A DNA stretch of 63,822 nucleotides, counting the filler, from Octopus bimaculoides (Eukaryota): assembly GCF_001194135.2 (NCBI RefSeq). It is 6 parts of 6 records of this genome, joined end to end, with 100 filler letters (N's around TTAATTAATTAA, not from the genome) between each part and the next. Parts side by side here need not be neighbours in the genome. Positions count along the whole stretch, not along the records: positions 1 to 7,735 come from NC_068991.1; positions 7,836 to 23,540 come from NC_068981.1; 4 more parts are not named here. One strand, 5' to 3'. The notes under the pieces are model-generated. The model searched no databases and was not told the origin of the DNA. It saw only the letters and a program-made list of their open reading frames with translations. Positions 1 through 12,184 of this stretch are shown piece after piece; positions within the stretch are counted from its first letter, which is position 1; every line of letters begins with the position of its first letter. A program made the translations under genes and the position numbers.

Positions 1-212
1 AGGTAAAGAGATGCATTAGATACAAATAATTACAGAGGTATCATGTTATTGGATCAGGTAATGACAGTCATGGAGAGGGTCATAGCCCAAATAATTAGGG
101 AGAGAGTCAGTTTAGACAAGATGCAGTTTAGGTTTGTGCCAGGGAAAAGTACCACTGATGGAATATTTCTGGTAAGACAGCTGCAGAAGAAATACCTAGC
201 CAAAGATAAACC
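1..212 (+). other. Duplicate of 441-652 beside a 10-N gap (probable assembly overlap artefact)
   Basis: Sequence 1-212 matches 441-652 and ends exactly at the 10-N gap. Confidence 0.8.
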
Positions 213-276
213 NNNNNNNNNNTATATATGGTAGATAAACATATATATAATATATATAAATGGTAGATAAAGTAAT

Positions 277-2380
277 TAAGGGTATGAGGACAGGGAAAGC
301 CCCCAGCCCATGAGGAATCCCTGCAGAGATGCTTAAAATATCTGGCAGTGTCGGCTATAGCCTAGTCACCCGTATAGTCAATCAGGTGATACATGAAGGA
401 GTCATACCCAGTGACTGGTGTAGCCAGTCAACTGCTACAAAGGTAAAGAGATGCATTAGATACAAATAATTACAGAGGTATCATGTTATTGGATCAGGTA
501 ATGACAGTCATGGAGAGGGTCATAGCCCAAATAATTAGGGAGAGAGTCAGTTTAGACAAGATGCAGTTTAGGTTTGTGCCAGGGAAAAGTACCACTGATG
601 GAATATTTCTGGTAAGACAGCTGCAGAAGAAATACCTAGCCAAAGATAAACCTCTGTACCTAGCTTTCGTTGACACGGAGAAAGCCTCTCACAGGGTCCC
701 TTGATACCTTATCTGCAGGTCAATGAGGAAACTAGGGATAGATAAATGGTTAGTGAGAGCTGTACAAGCCATATACAGGGATGCTGTCAGTAAGGTGAAG
801 GTTGGCAATGAGTACAGTGAAGAACTTCTGGTAGAGGTCCACCAAGGATCAGTCCTCAACCCCCTCTTATTCATCATAGTCCGCCAGGCAATAACAGAGG
901 AATTCAAGACAGGATGCCCCTGGGAGCTTCTCTATGCTGATGACCTTGCCCTAATTGCTGAGTCACTATCAGAACTAAAGGAGAAGTTTCAGGTGTGGAA
1001 GCAAGGTCTAGAATCTAAGGGCCTTAGAGTCAACCTAGCAAAAACCAAAGTAGGAAGGCAGACAAACCACAAATCCCTTCAGGTAGATGACCCTGCTCAA
1101 TCTGTAGAAAAGGTGTAAGTAGAAACTCCATAAGATGTACCCAGTGTAAGCTATGGGCACATAAGAGGTGCAGCAATATCAAAGGAAGGCTGAGGGGCAA
1201 TAAACACTGAAAATGTGCAGAAAACAGCTTCTGTCACATTCCAGGAGGAAATACTACAAGTAGTTGATAGCTTCCATTACCTAGGTGACCAAGTCAGTTG
1301 CAGGGTGGATGCTCTGAAAGTGTAGCTGCTACAATAGCAATAGCCTGGGCAAGGTTCAGAGAGCTCCTATCTCTGCTGGTGACAAAGGGCCTCTCGCTCA
1401 GAGCAAAAGGTAGACTGTATAACGCAAATGTGTGAACAGCCATGCTACATGGCAGTGAAACATGGGCCGTGACTGCTGAGGACATGCATAAGCTTGCAAG
1501 GAATGAAGCCAGTATGTTCCGCTGGATGTGTAATGTCAGTGTGCATACATGACAGAGTGTAAGCGCCGTGACAGAAAAGTTAAACATAAGAAGCATTAGA
1601 TATGGTGTGCAAGAGAGACAACTGTGCTGGTATGGTCTTGTGTTGCGAATGGATGAGAACAGGTGTGTGAATAAGTGCCACACCCTAGCGGTAGAAGAAA
1701 CCTGTGGAAGAAGTAGACCCAGGAAACCTGGGATGAGGTGGTAAAGAATGACCTTCGAATATTGGGCCTCACCAAGGCAATGACAAGTGACCGAGACCTT
1801 TGGAGATATGCAGTGCTTGAGAAGACCCAACAAGCCAAGTGAGACCATAACCATGGCCTATGCCAGTGTAGCATAACCATCCCATTTAAGAGTACACTTC
1901 AATCCTTGGGTAATAAATTGTGCTTACAAAGACCTGCTGAAGGAAGTGAAATCGCTGTCGTGGCTGATGACAGTATTGCTTGATTGGCACCCGTGCCTGT
2001 GGCACATTAAAAGCACCATTCAAGCGTGATCATTGCCAGTGCCACCTGACTGGCTCCCATGCCAGTGGCATGCAAAAAGCACCATTCGAGCATGATTGTT
2101 GCTGGTGTCCCTAGATTGATGCCTATGCCAGTGGCACATATAAAGCACCATTTGAGCATAGTCAATGCCAGTACCGCCCGACTGGCTCTCGTGCCAGTGG
2201 CATGTAAAATGCACCCACTGCACTCTTGCAGTGGTTGGCATTAGGAAGGGCATCCAGCTGTAGAAACTTTGCCAGATCAGATTGGAGCTTGGTGCAGGCT
2301 TTTGGCTTGCCAGCCCTCAGTCAAACCGTCCAACCCATACCAGCATGGAAAGCGGATGTGAACCGACAACGATGATGATG
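277..2380 (+). mobile_element. 5'-truncated, decayed RTE-clade LINE (RT domain to 3' UTR with (GAT)n tail)
   Basis: Translations MQFRFVPGKSTTDGIF, LYLAFVD, VHQGSVLNPLLF and LLYADDLAL are RT motifs; LHGSETWAV-type C-terminal segment; tandem 3' UTR modules; ends in gatgatgatg. Multiple stops and frameshifts. Confidence 0.93.
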
Positions 2381-2750
2381 TATATATACATATAATATAT
2401 ATATTTAAAAAAAATTTTTTTTGTTTATGTGTTTCAGCCAAGTGGCTGCGGTCATGCTGGTGCACCACCGTGATTTTCACGTTCCTTGCATGGCTCTTCT
2501 CCCCCACCTGACATGGNNNNNNNNNNACGTTCCTTGCATGGCTCTTCTCCCCCACCTGACATGGTCCAATCAAGAGTTTTGATGGCACATCTGGTGTATA
2601 AGAGAATTTGACATAGCTGCCCTATATATATATATATGTATATATACATTTATATATATGTATATATACATATATATATATATGTATATATACATATATG
2701 TATATATATACATATGTGTATATATATATATATATATACATATATATATG

Positions 2751-2784
<34 letters not shown>

Positions 2785-2787
<3 letters not shown>

Positions 2788-3028
2788 TTAATTATATGTA
2801 TTTCTTCTATCTTAATGAATAAAAATTCTTCGGATAGAATAAATGGGTTAATAGAAACCAATGTAGCAAAGAACACAAAATAACTTTGGTGTTGTTCCTG
2901 TTTTTAAGGCAGGAACTCCTTGAAATTTTGGGTATTTGAGTATATTTAAAAATTTAAGGAATGGAGAAAACGCATGTTATAATTGCATACTTTATTGCTA
3001 CATATGTTTCAAAGGATTACAACCTATG
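2785..3028. repeat. Unclassified (TA)n-embedded repeat, copy 1 (cut by gap)
   Basis: Aligns by eye to 6620-6956 (ttcggatagaataaatgggttaatagaaacca... shared). Confidence 0.8.
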
Positions 3029-3315
3029 NNNNNNNNNNNNNNNNNNNNNNNNNNNNNNNNNNNNNNNNNNNNNNNNNNNNNNNNNNNNNNNNNNNNNNNN
3101 NNNNNNNNNNNNNNNNNNNNNNNNNNNNNNNNNNNNNNNNNNNNNNNNNNNNNNNNNNNNNNNNNNNNNNNNNNNNNNNNNNNNNNNNNNNNNNNNNNNN
3201 NNNNNNNNNNNNNNNNNNNNNNNNNNNNNNNNNNNNNNNNNNNNNNNNNNNNNNNNNNNNNNNNNNNNNNNNNNNNNNNNNNNTATATATATGTATATAT
3301 ACATATATATATATA

Positions 3316-6300
3316 ACTCTTCTGGGAAGGTAATAGTGATGGAATAGGGGGTGTGGGCATACTCTTGCAGAGAAATGGGTGGACAAAGTTGTAGAGGTAG
3401 TGAGAGTGTGTGAAAGAGTACTTAAACTCAGGCTAGCTACAATTATCTCTGCATACGCCCAACAAGCAGTCCTACCGAATGAACAGAAGGATCACTTTTA
3501 TGATATTCTTCTGCAGGCTACCTCAAAGACGTGTGATACTGATGTCATCTTTGTGGCTGGAGATTTTAATGGGCATGTCGGACAGCAATCAGGTATCTTC
3601 CATGGTGTACATGGGGGCCATAGAGTTGGTACCAACAATTAAAAGGGCATTAGTCTCCTGGAGTTCTGTGATGCAAATAACCTATTAATCTGCAACACCA
3701 ACTTCAGGAAGCCAGACAGCCAGCCACCTGATAACCTATCAGTCATGTGACTCTGCTGGCCAGATCGATTTTCTTCTCACCAGACAGTGGGATGCAGGGT
3801 TGCTCTTAAATATAAATACCCTCCCTGGTGAAGAATGTACCCCCCGACATAGACTAAGTTATTAGTGAATTTAGACTCAAGGCAAGAAGGATGCCAAAAA
3901 CCAGACTAATCTGGAAAAGAAGGACTTGGAAGCTTACGAACCCTTCACATGGTCAGAGATTTAGGGATATCTTTACTGAGAAATTTGGGAGGATGAGCTA
4001 CAGTCCTGTGACATAGAAAGCAGCTGGGAATTCCTGCGAGACAGCTTGCTGAGTGCTACAGACTAAATCTGTGGCTAGTGCAAAGTCCCTTCCAGTCCTA
4101 GGGTAACATAGTGGTGAAACAATACTGTAGACAGGGCCATTAGAGCAAAGAAACTGGCCTGGAATGCGTGGAAGAGTGGGAGTAGCAGGAAACTATCATA
4201 TAGCCAAAAGGGAAGCTAAGAGATAGGTATATATAGCCAAGGGAGTAGTAGAAAAGAAGAAGTTTGCCTATGTCCAGCAAGTATTTCGGATTGCTAGACA
4301 GTGTGTGAGAGAAAATCGCAATGTCATTGGAGAGAAAAGTGTCCACATAGATGATGAATAGTGATGTTGTAGGAGAGAAATGTGTTCGCATGGATGATGG
4401 TACGCTTGCACTAAATGAGGCTGCAAAGAAAGAGGCTTGGAGAAGTCATTATGAAAGACTGCTGAATGTGGAGAATGAATGGGAGGAGGAGAGTCTGCCA
4501 AGGGTTGATCCAATTGAGGGACCAGCTATCCGAATCAACAGTACCCAGGTAGATAAAGCAATTAAGGATATGAAGACAGGGAAAGCACCTGGCCCATCAG
4601 GAATCACTGCTGGGATGCTTAAAATATTGGGCAGTGTGGGTTATGGTCTTGTCACCGGTATCGTAAATTAGCTAGTTCATGAAGGAGTCATACCCAATGA
4701 CTGGTGTAGCTGTGAACATAGTCAACTGCTAGAAGGAGAAAGGTGATTCTTTAGATAGAAATAACTACAGGGGTATCAGATTATTTGATCATACAGAGAG
4801 GGTCATAGCCCAACTAATTAGGGAGAGAGTTAGCGTAGATGAGATGCAGTTCAGTTTTGTGCCAGGCAGAAGCACCACTGATGCTATATTTCTGGTAGGG
4901 CAACTGCAGGAGAAATACTTAGTGAAAGATAAACCGGTTGTACTCGACATTTGTTGACTTCGAGAAAGCCTTTGACAGGGTCACCCAATCCCTTATCTGA
5001 TGGTCAATGTGGAAACTGGGAATAGACAAGTGGCTGGTAAGAGCTGTACAAGCTCTGTAGAGGGATGCTGTTAGAAAGGTGAGGGTTGGCAATGAGTATA
5101 GTGAAGGATTCCGAGTAGAAGTGGGGTTCACCAAGGATCAGTCCTCAGCACCCTCTTATTCATTATAGTCCTCCAGGAATTCAAAACAGGCTGCCCCTAG
5201 GAGCTTCTCTATGCTGATTATCTTGCTCTAATAGCCGAGTCACTGCCAGAATTGGAGACAAAGTTTTGGGTGTGGAAGCAAGGTCTAGAATCGAAGGGCC
5301 TTAGGGTTAACCTAGCCAAAACCAAGTCTTAGTAAGTAGGAAGGCTGTTAAATCACAACCCCCTTCAGTTAGATGGCCCTGTTCGATCTGTAGAAAAGGC
5401 GTGGGTAGAAACTCCATGTGATGTACCCAGTGTAAGCTATGGACTCATAAAAGGTGCAACAATATCAAAGGAAGGTTAACCGGGAAAATAGTTTTTGTGT
5501 GTGGCAGATGCACTGGGGTAATAAACTCTGAAGATGTACAGAAAACAGATTCCGTCACATGCCAGGGGAAGAAACTAGAAGTAGTTAATAGCTTCTGCTA
5601 CCTAAGTGACCAAGTCTGTAGTGGAGGTGGTTGCTCTGAGAGTGTAGCGTCTAGAGTAAGAATAACCTGGGTAAGGTTCAGGGTGCTCCTACCTCTGCTG
5701 GCAACTAAAGGCCTCTTGCTCAGGGTGAAAGGTAGACTGTATGATGTATGTGTATGAACTGCCATGCTACACGGCAGTGAAACATGGGCCATGAATGCTG
5801 AGGACATGTGTAGTCTTGAAAGAAATGAAGCTAGTATGATCTGCTTGATGTGTAATGTCAGTGTGCATACACGACAGAGTGTAAATGCCCTGAAAGAAAA
5901 GTTGGGCATAAGAAGCATCAAATGTGATGTGCAAGAGAGGCGACTGCACTGGTATGGCCATGTTTTATGTGTGAATGAAGACAGCTGTGTGAGGAAGTGC
6001 CACTCCCAAGTTGTAGAAGGAACCTGTAGAAGAGGTAGACCGAGGAAGACATGGGATGAGGTGGTGAAGCATGATCTTTGAACAATGGGCCTCACAGAGG
6101 CAATGACAGGAAACCAGGACCTTTGGATACGCTGTGATTGAGAAGACCTGGCAATGAAAGTGAGATCACAGCCATGCTCATCCATCCCTGTTCAGAATAC
6201 ACCTGATGCGCTGGGTGATATATGCTTGAGAAGACCTGTTGAATCAATTGAAAACAATATTGTAGCTGTGGCCGGTGCCCCTGGCTGGCTCCCATGCCGA

Positions 6301-6568
6301 TGGCACATAAAAAGTACCATCCGAACGTGGTCAATGCCAGGTCTGCCTGACTGGTTCCTGTGCTGGTGGCATGTAAAAAGTACCCACCGATCATGACCGA
6401 TGCCAGTACCCCCTAACTGGCTCCTGTGCCAGTGGCACATAAAAAGCACCCACTACACTCTCGGAGTGATTGATGTTAGGAAGGGCATCCAGCTGTAGAA
6501 ACTCTGCCAGACCAGATTGGAGCCTGGTGCAGCATAGAAAACGGACGTTAATCGATGATGTTGATGAT
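3316..6568 (+). mobile_element. Near-complete ORF2 of a decayed RTE-clade LINE (APE endonuclease + RT + 3' UTR)
   Basis: APE motifs IISAYAQQ and VAGDFNGHVG (3379-3642); linker KAPGPSGIT; RT region 4780-5300; LHGSETWA...GRPRKTWDEVV C-terminus; same 3' UTR and (GAT)n tail as 277-2380. Confidence 0.95.
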
Positions 6569-6619
6569 ATATATATATGCAAATATATATATTATATATA
6601 CATATATATATATACATAT

Positions 6620-6954
6620 ATTTAATTATATGTATTTATTTTATCCTAATAAATAATAATTCGGATAGAATAAATGGGTTAATAGAAACCAAGGTAGCAA
6701 AGATCACAAAATAACTGTGGTGTAATTCCTGTTAGTGAGGCAGAAACTCCTTGATATTTTGGGGATTTGAGTATATATAAAAATTTAAGGAATGGAGTTA
6801 ACGCATGTTATAACTGCATACTTTATTCTGACATATGTTTTGAAGAATTACAATTTATGTGATCCATAGGAATCGTCGATGTTAACAATGTAAACTTCTC
6901 CTCAGGGAATGTATGGGAACCATCTTAAACGTAAGACATTATGACCGAGTATTT

Positions 6955-6956
<2 letters not shown>
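6620..6956. repeat. Unclassified ~335-bp repeat flanked by (TA)n on both sides, copy 2
   Basis: Homologous to 2785-3028; TA runs at 6570-6620 and 6957-7005. Confidence 0.8.
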
Positions 6957-6987
<31 letters not shown>

Positions 6988-7006
6988 GATATATATATAC
7001 ATATAT

Positions 7007-7735
7007 TGACCAGCATGATGTACTGCTGCCGGTTCTCCCTCTCCCTCCCTATTGTATTCTATCTCTCTCTCTCTCTCTCTGAATCACCACTTCTTCTACC
7101 ATTTCCTCTTCGACTCGCACGCTAATCCCAAACATATAACCAGCTCGCTTTCCAACTCCACCACCATTTCGTACTGGAATCTCTATGCTAATAGAACCCA
7201 CAACGAAGCTCCATTAGCTAATAGAACCCACGACGAAACTCACCAAGACATGAACAATAGCTAAGTCATTCCTATTTTTCATATATTATCCCTTCTGATG
7301 CGCTCCCCATCCACCACCCCACTTTGTTCTCTCTAATTATACATTTATGTCTTGAATTCATGATTGTTTATGTATATTTTCTCTATCTCACGCGATCTAT
7401 CGTCTTCGCATCTACTTGCTGAAGTTTTTGCTCCTTAGCCCAAACCTGACTGAAATTTGTCTCTAACTCCCTTTAAAAATTACGATTTTTAACTCTCATT
7501 TCTGTTACCGATCTAAACATTTAATCTCACGTTTTAAACACTGCTGTGTTTCTTTCAACTTTTTCCTAAAAACCTAACGAATTGACCAGCATGATGTACT
7601 GCTGCCGGTTCTCCCTCTCCCTCCCTATTGTATTCTATCTCTCTCTCTGAATCACCACTTCTTCCACCATTTCCTCTTCGACTCGCGCGCGAATCCCAAA
7701 CATATAACCAGCTCGCTTTCCAACTCCACCACCAT
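7007..7735. repeat. Direct repeat pair (7007-~7165 and 7583-7735), LTR-like/TRIM-like or tandem
   Basis: tgaccagcatgatgtactgctgccgg...ccaccaccat occurs twice 576 bp apart; the second copy runs into a gap. Confidence 0.75.
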
Positions 7736-7835
7736 NNNNNNNNNNNNNNNNNNNNNNNNNNNNNNNNNNNNNNNNNNNNTTAATTAATTAANNNNNNNNN
7801 NNNNNNNNNNNNNNNNNNNNNNNNNNNNNNNNNNN

Positions 7836-8058
7836 AAATATAAACTAACAGAAATATTAAATGCAAAGCTTATATTAAAATATAAACTAACAGAAATATT
7901 AAATGAAAAGCTTATATTAAAATATAAACTAACAGAAATATTAAATGCAAAGCTTACATTAAAATATAAACTAACAGAAAATGCAAAGCTTATATTAAAA
8001 TATAAACTAACAGAAATATTAAATGCAAAGCTTATATTAAAATATAAACTAACATAAA
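7836..8058 (+). repeat. 42-bp AT-rich tandem repeat (~5 units)
   Basis: Unit aaatataaactaacagaaatattaaatgcaaagcttatatta; one unit has an internal deletion. Confidence 0.95.
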
Positions 8059-8399
8059 TATTGATTTTTATGAATGAATATTTTAATGACACTATAATTT
8101 TTACAAAATTAATAATATAAATATTTTAATTAATTAATTTAATTATAGTATTTTAGCTTATTTGATATATATTATATAATCTATGTATCTTAGTCTTATT
8201 CTTTAGACTCTATAAGTACTTAGATTTTAAATTTCCATAAAATGTTTACAATATAGTTAATTGTTTTATTATGATTTATGTTATATACATTTTAATTTTC
8301 ATTCATGATTTTATAAATAAAACTTTCATTCATGTTTATATATCTCTTTATTCTATTCTTTTTCTTTACGCCATATCTTCACATGACTTTCTAATAAAC

Positions 8400-9180
8400 G
8401 CTTAGTATAACGTTTAAAATTTTACTTTAAACTATAGCTTCATTGAGATAAGTATTGCTTTTATTTTCAATAATATTGTTAAATGATTTTGTCTCATTTA
8501 TTGGTAAAATAAATATTTTTATATAAATTCATTTGATCTTTAATGTTAGCTGATATCCTATTGAACACTAAGTTAATAGTATAAAGTTTAACATTTTAGT
8601 TTAAACCAAAACTTCAATTAGATTAGTGTTGCATTTATTTTCAATAATATTGTTTAATATTTCTTTTTGTTTTATTGGTAAAATAAGTATTTTTATATAA
8701 TTTCACTTATTATTAGTTAATATTATAATTAAGGTTAAGTTAATAGTATAACATTTAAAATTTTATTTAAACTAAAGATTCGACTAGATAAGTTTTGCAT
8801 TTGTTTTCAATAATTGTGTTAAATGTTTCTCTTTTATTTATTGGTGATGTAAGTATTTTTATATAAATTAATTTATATAAATTAATTTATACAAATTAAT
8901 TTCTGTTAGTTTATATTATAATAAACGTAAAGTTAATATAATGTTTATAATTTTAATTTAACCTAAAACTTCGTTTAAATTGTATTTTAAACAAAAGATT
9001 CATTAAGATAAGCTTTGCATTTAATATTTCTGTTAGTTTATATTTTAATAAACGTAAAGTTAATAACATCAAGTTTATATTTTGGATAAGATAAGTATCA
9101 CATTTATTTTTAATAATATTGTTTAACATTTTTCTATCTTGATATAATAAGTATTTTTATATAAATTCATTTGTTATTTA
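8400..9180 (+). repeat. Degenerate ~170-bp AT-rich tandem repeat
   Basis: tagtataa...ttttcaataat...ttattggt...atttttatataa recurs near 8403, 8577 and 8744, with further partial units. Confidence 0.8.
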
Positions 9181-9431
9181 TTGTTGGTTGATATATATAT
9201 ACATTCATTTTATTATTATTATTGTTGTATTTTGACCTGAAGATTAGCTATATTTTTGAATAGAATTAATTTTCGATCAATTTAATNNNNNNNNNNNNNN
9301 NNNNNNNNNNNNNNNNNNNNNNNNNNNNNNNNNNNNNNNNNNNNNNNNNNNNNNNNNNNNNNNNNNNNNNNNNNNNNNNNNNNNNNNNNNNNNNNNNNNN
9401 NNNNNNNNNNNNNNNNNNNNNNNNNNNNNNN

Positions 9432-10890
9432 TGGTTAGCTCTCTGAGAATATATGTCAGGCATCAATCTCTTGGGCTACCTCTTTAATCTGTACCGATTT
9501 GCTGCCAATTCAAAAGTTTTCCAGTCTCTTATTCATGACCTCCTTTATGCAGATGACTGTGACTTAGTCATTCATACAGTGGATGATATGCAAATACTTA
9601 TGAATTGTATTTCTACTTCTTGCAAGGCATTTTGGACTCGGGCATTAGCCTGGACAAGACTGTTGTAATGTTCCAGCCTGCACCAGGAAACCCATATGTG
9701 GAATCAGCTATCTTGGTTGAAGGAACAATACTGAAAGTGATAGACAAGTTTGTCTACCTAGGCAGCACACTCAGCCATTCTTGCTCTCTGGATTGTAGGG
9801 TGACATGCCATGCTTGAGGAGACCTATTGAGTCAGGTACATCCAAATCAAATCAAATCACAATAAAATGGAAATTGTAGTTGTGATCCCCGTGCCGGTGG
9901 CACATATAAAGCACCAACCGAACATGGCCAATGCTAGAGCTGCCTTGACTGGCTTCCATGCCCATGGCATGTAAAAAGCACCATCTGATCATGGTCATTG
10001 CCAGCCCCCTCTGGCCCCTTTGCCAGTGGCACGTAAAAAAGCATCCACTACACTCTCGGAATGGTTGCCGTTAGGAAGGGCATCCAGCTGTAGAAATACT
10101 GCCAGATCAGACTGGAGCCTGGTGCAGCCTCCTAGCTTCCCAGACACCAGTCGAACCGTCCAACCCATACCAGCATGGAAAACGGACGTTAAACGATGAT
10201 GATGATACTGCAGAGAGCAACTGATTCCTTCTGGTCTCTTGAGTCTTGTGTCTGGTCCCAGCATGGCATCACACGGTAAACAAAAATTGCTGTGTACCGT
10301 GTATGTGTACTGACATCACTCCTTTACTCATGTGAGACATGGACCCTTTACAAACGTCATGTAAAGGTCCTTGAACGCTTTTATCAGAGATGTCTAAAAC
10401 ACATTCTGAATATTGGCTCAATCTTAAAAACTCCAGACATACAGGTCTTGAGGAAAGCTGATGTCTTAAGTATTGAGGCAATGGTGCACAAGCACCAGTT
10501 ACGTTGGACTGGACACCTTATTAGAATGAAGAATAGCAGGATCCCTAAATAGATGCTATATGGGAAACTTGTTAGTGAAAAGAGACCCTAGCAGAAACCA
10601 AAACTGCGATTTAAGGACTGTGTCAAGTCCTCTTTAAAGGCTTGTGATATGCAGAAGACTGACTGGGAGAGCAATGCCTGTCATCGCCACAGATGGAGGA
10701 AGCAGGTTAAGGAGGGGTTCAACAACTTTGAAAGAGCACATATTCTGCATGAAGAATTTGAGTGCGCTGCTCGAAAGCGCACTGCTAGCATAGTGAATGG
10801 GGAAAGCTTAATTTGCAATGTTTGCATTTGTGTATGCTTGTCAAGAGCAGGGATCATTAGCCTCCAACAGAGCCGCAAATGCAAAATATA
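9432..10890 (+). mobile_element. BovB-like RTE LINE relic (RT C-terminal half), interrupted at ~9792-10205
   Basis: LLYADDCDL, FQPAPGNPY, DKFVYLGSTLS before the insertion; VWSQHGI..TKIAVYR, LLYSCETWTLY, HQLRWTGHLIRM and a Cys-containing tail after it. Confidence 0.9.
9792..10205 (+). mobile_element. 3' end of the (GAT)n-tailed RTE family nested in the BovB-like relic
   Basis: 3' UTR modules, ggaagggcatccagctgtagaaa core and gatgatgatgat tail; the host reading frame resumes after it. Confidence 0.9.
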
Positions 10891-11414
10891 AGTTAGTCCT
10901 AGAACGCACAATGTTCCTAAAGGTCAGCAATGGTCTTCCTCGGTCACGAGTGGGCAGCCATCATCATGTATGTTTCTGTGTATATTATATTAGCTGGATA
11001 TTCCCTCATTACCTTCCAACTATAACTTGGCTCTTCAGGTAACATTTATTTATATTTGTGATACTTTATAGAATATATAAATTAGAAACAAATCCTCTCT
11101 CTCTCTCTCTCTCTCTCTCCATTGTGGCTCTTACTACTGGGTTTGAACTGTGGAGAATACATTCTCGTTGGTGTTGTGTATGCCATGTGACTGCGTTCAT
11201 TTCGACAGACTTTTATAAACATTTACGTGTATAACATTGTGACCGGTGCATTCATTTAAATTGCATCTTCTTTTCAATGGTTTAATATGTGTACAAGTGA
11301 ATGTATGCATATATTAACGTGTCACTGTCTACATACTGAGGTGTATACGTATCTACATGTATGACAAGTCTACTGGAGCGCCAAATTAGCGATTGCTAAG
11401 TGTATTTATGGAAC

Positions 11415-12120
11415 AAGGGAGGTCACTCTAACTTTACAACTAATTAAACAGTGTATCGTTTGAGAATAGAAAATATTAATTGGAGATAGAAATATGTTAC
11501 CAATTGGGATTACGTGTTTTCCCTATAGGGAAATCATTTAGGTTTCTATATAGATAGTTATTAATTAATTAAAGAAATTAGGTCACTTAACTGTATGTTA
11601 TTAATTAGATACGAAATACTGGTAAAAGACAAGAACAAAAAAAAAACATGTAAAAAACCTTAATGACATCTCAAGATGAAATCCCAATAGAACACACATT
11701 TCCCTTTCCTTTTCATTTTTATTTATTTTACCCTCCTACTAGTATTTCGTTCCTAATTAGTAACAGAGACAGAGGGATCTATTTTTTTTAATAAATTAAT
11801 AACTACATACATGAAAACCTTAACGATATCCCAAAAGGTGAGAAACGCGAAACTACAAAGGATTTCCGTTTTCAATTGATATTTTCTATTCTCTTTATGT
11901 TCTGCGTTCAAATTCCGCTGAGGTCGACTTTGTCTTTCATCCTTTCGGGGTCGATAAATTAAGCACCAGTTGCATTTTGGGGTCGATCTAATCGACTGGT
12001 CCCCTCCCCAAAAAAATTGGGAACTCGTGCCTAGAGCAGAAAAGAATATTTTCTATTCTCATCACTTTTCAAATGGGACTTTTTTGTTTAATTAATAGTA
12101 AAGTTAGAGTGACCTCCCTT
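11415..12120. mobile_element. Foldback/MITE-like element with ~36-bp terminal inverted repeats and long diverged arms
   Basis: aagggaggtcactctaactttac...taattaaaca at 11415 is the near-perfect reverse complement of 12085-12120; inner arms 11460-11625 and 11735-11893 are also complementary. Confidence 0.85.
11894..12045 (+). mobile_element. 5'-truncated tRNA-derived SINE with 15-bp TSD
   Basis: B-box-like gttcaaattcc; TSD atattttctattctc at 11879-11893 and 12046-12060. Confidence 0.9.
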
Positions 12121-12184
12121 CTTTTTATACCCGATATGTTTGAACTTTCGAGGACATTTATATATGCAAATACGTAAACAATTA

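Noticed and set aside
2486-2563. Short direct repeats across 10-N gaps (also 1-212, 63031-63140, 63214-63277)
   Set aside because: Exact duplications abutting fixed-size gaps indicate unmerged contig overlaps.
7781-7792. TTAATTAATTAA islands inside N runs (also ~23585, 52809, 60484, 62738)
   Set aside because: An identical 12-mer centred in gaps with stops in all frames is a scaffolding spacer, not biology.
8050-9280. Mitochondrial control-region NUMT
   Set aside because: No adjacent mitochondrial tRNA, rRNA or coding sequence recognised; the periodicity is better explained as satellite.
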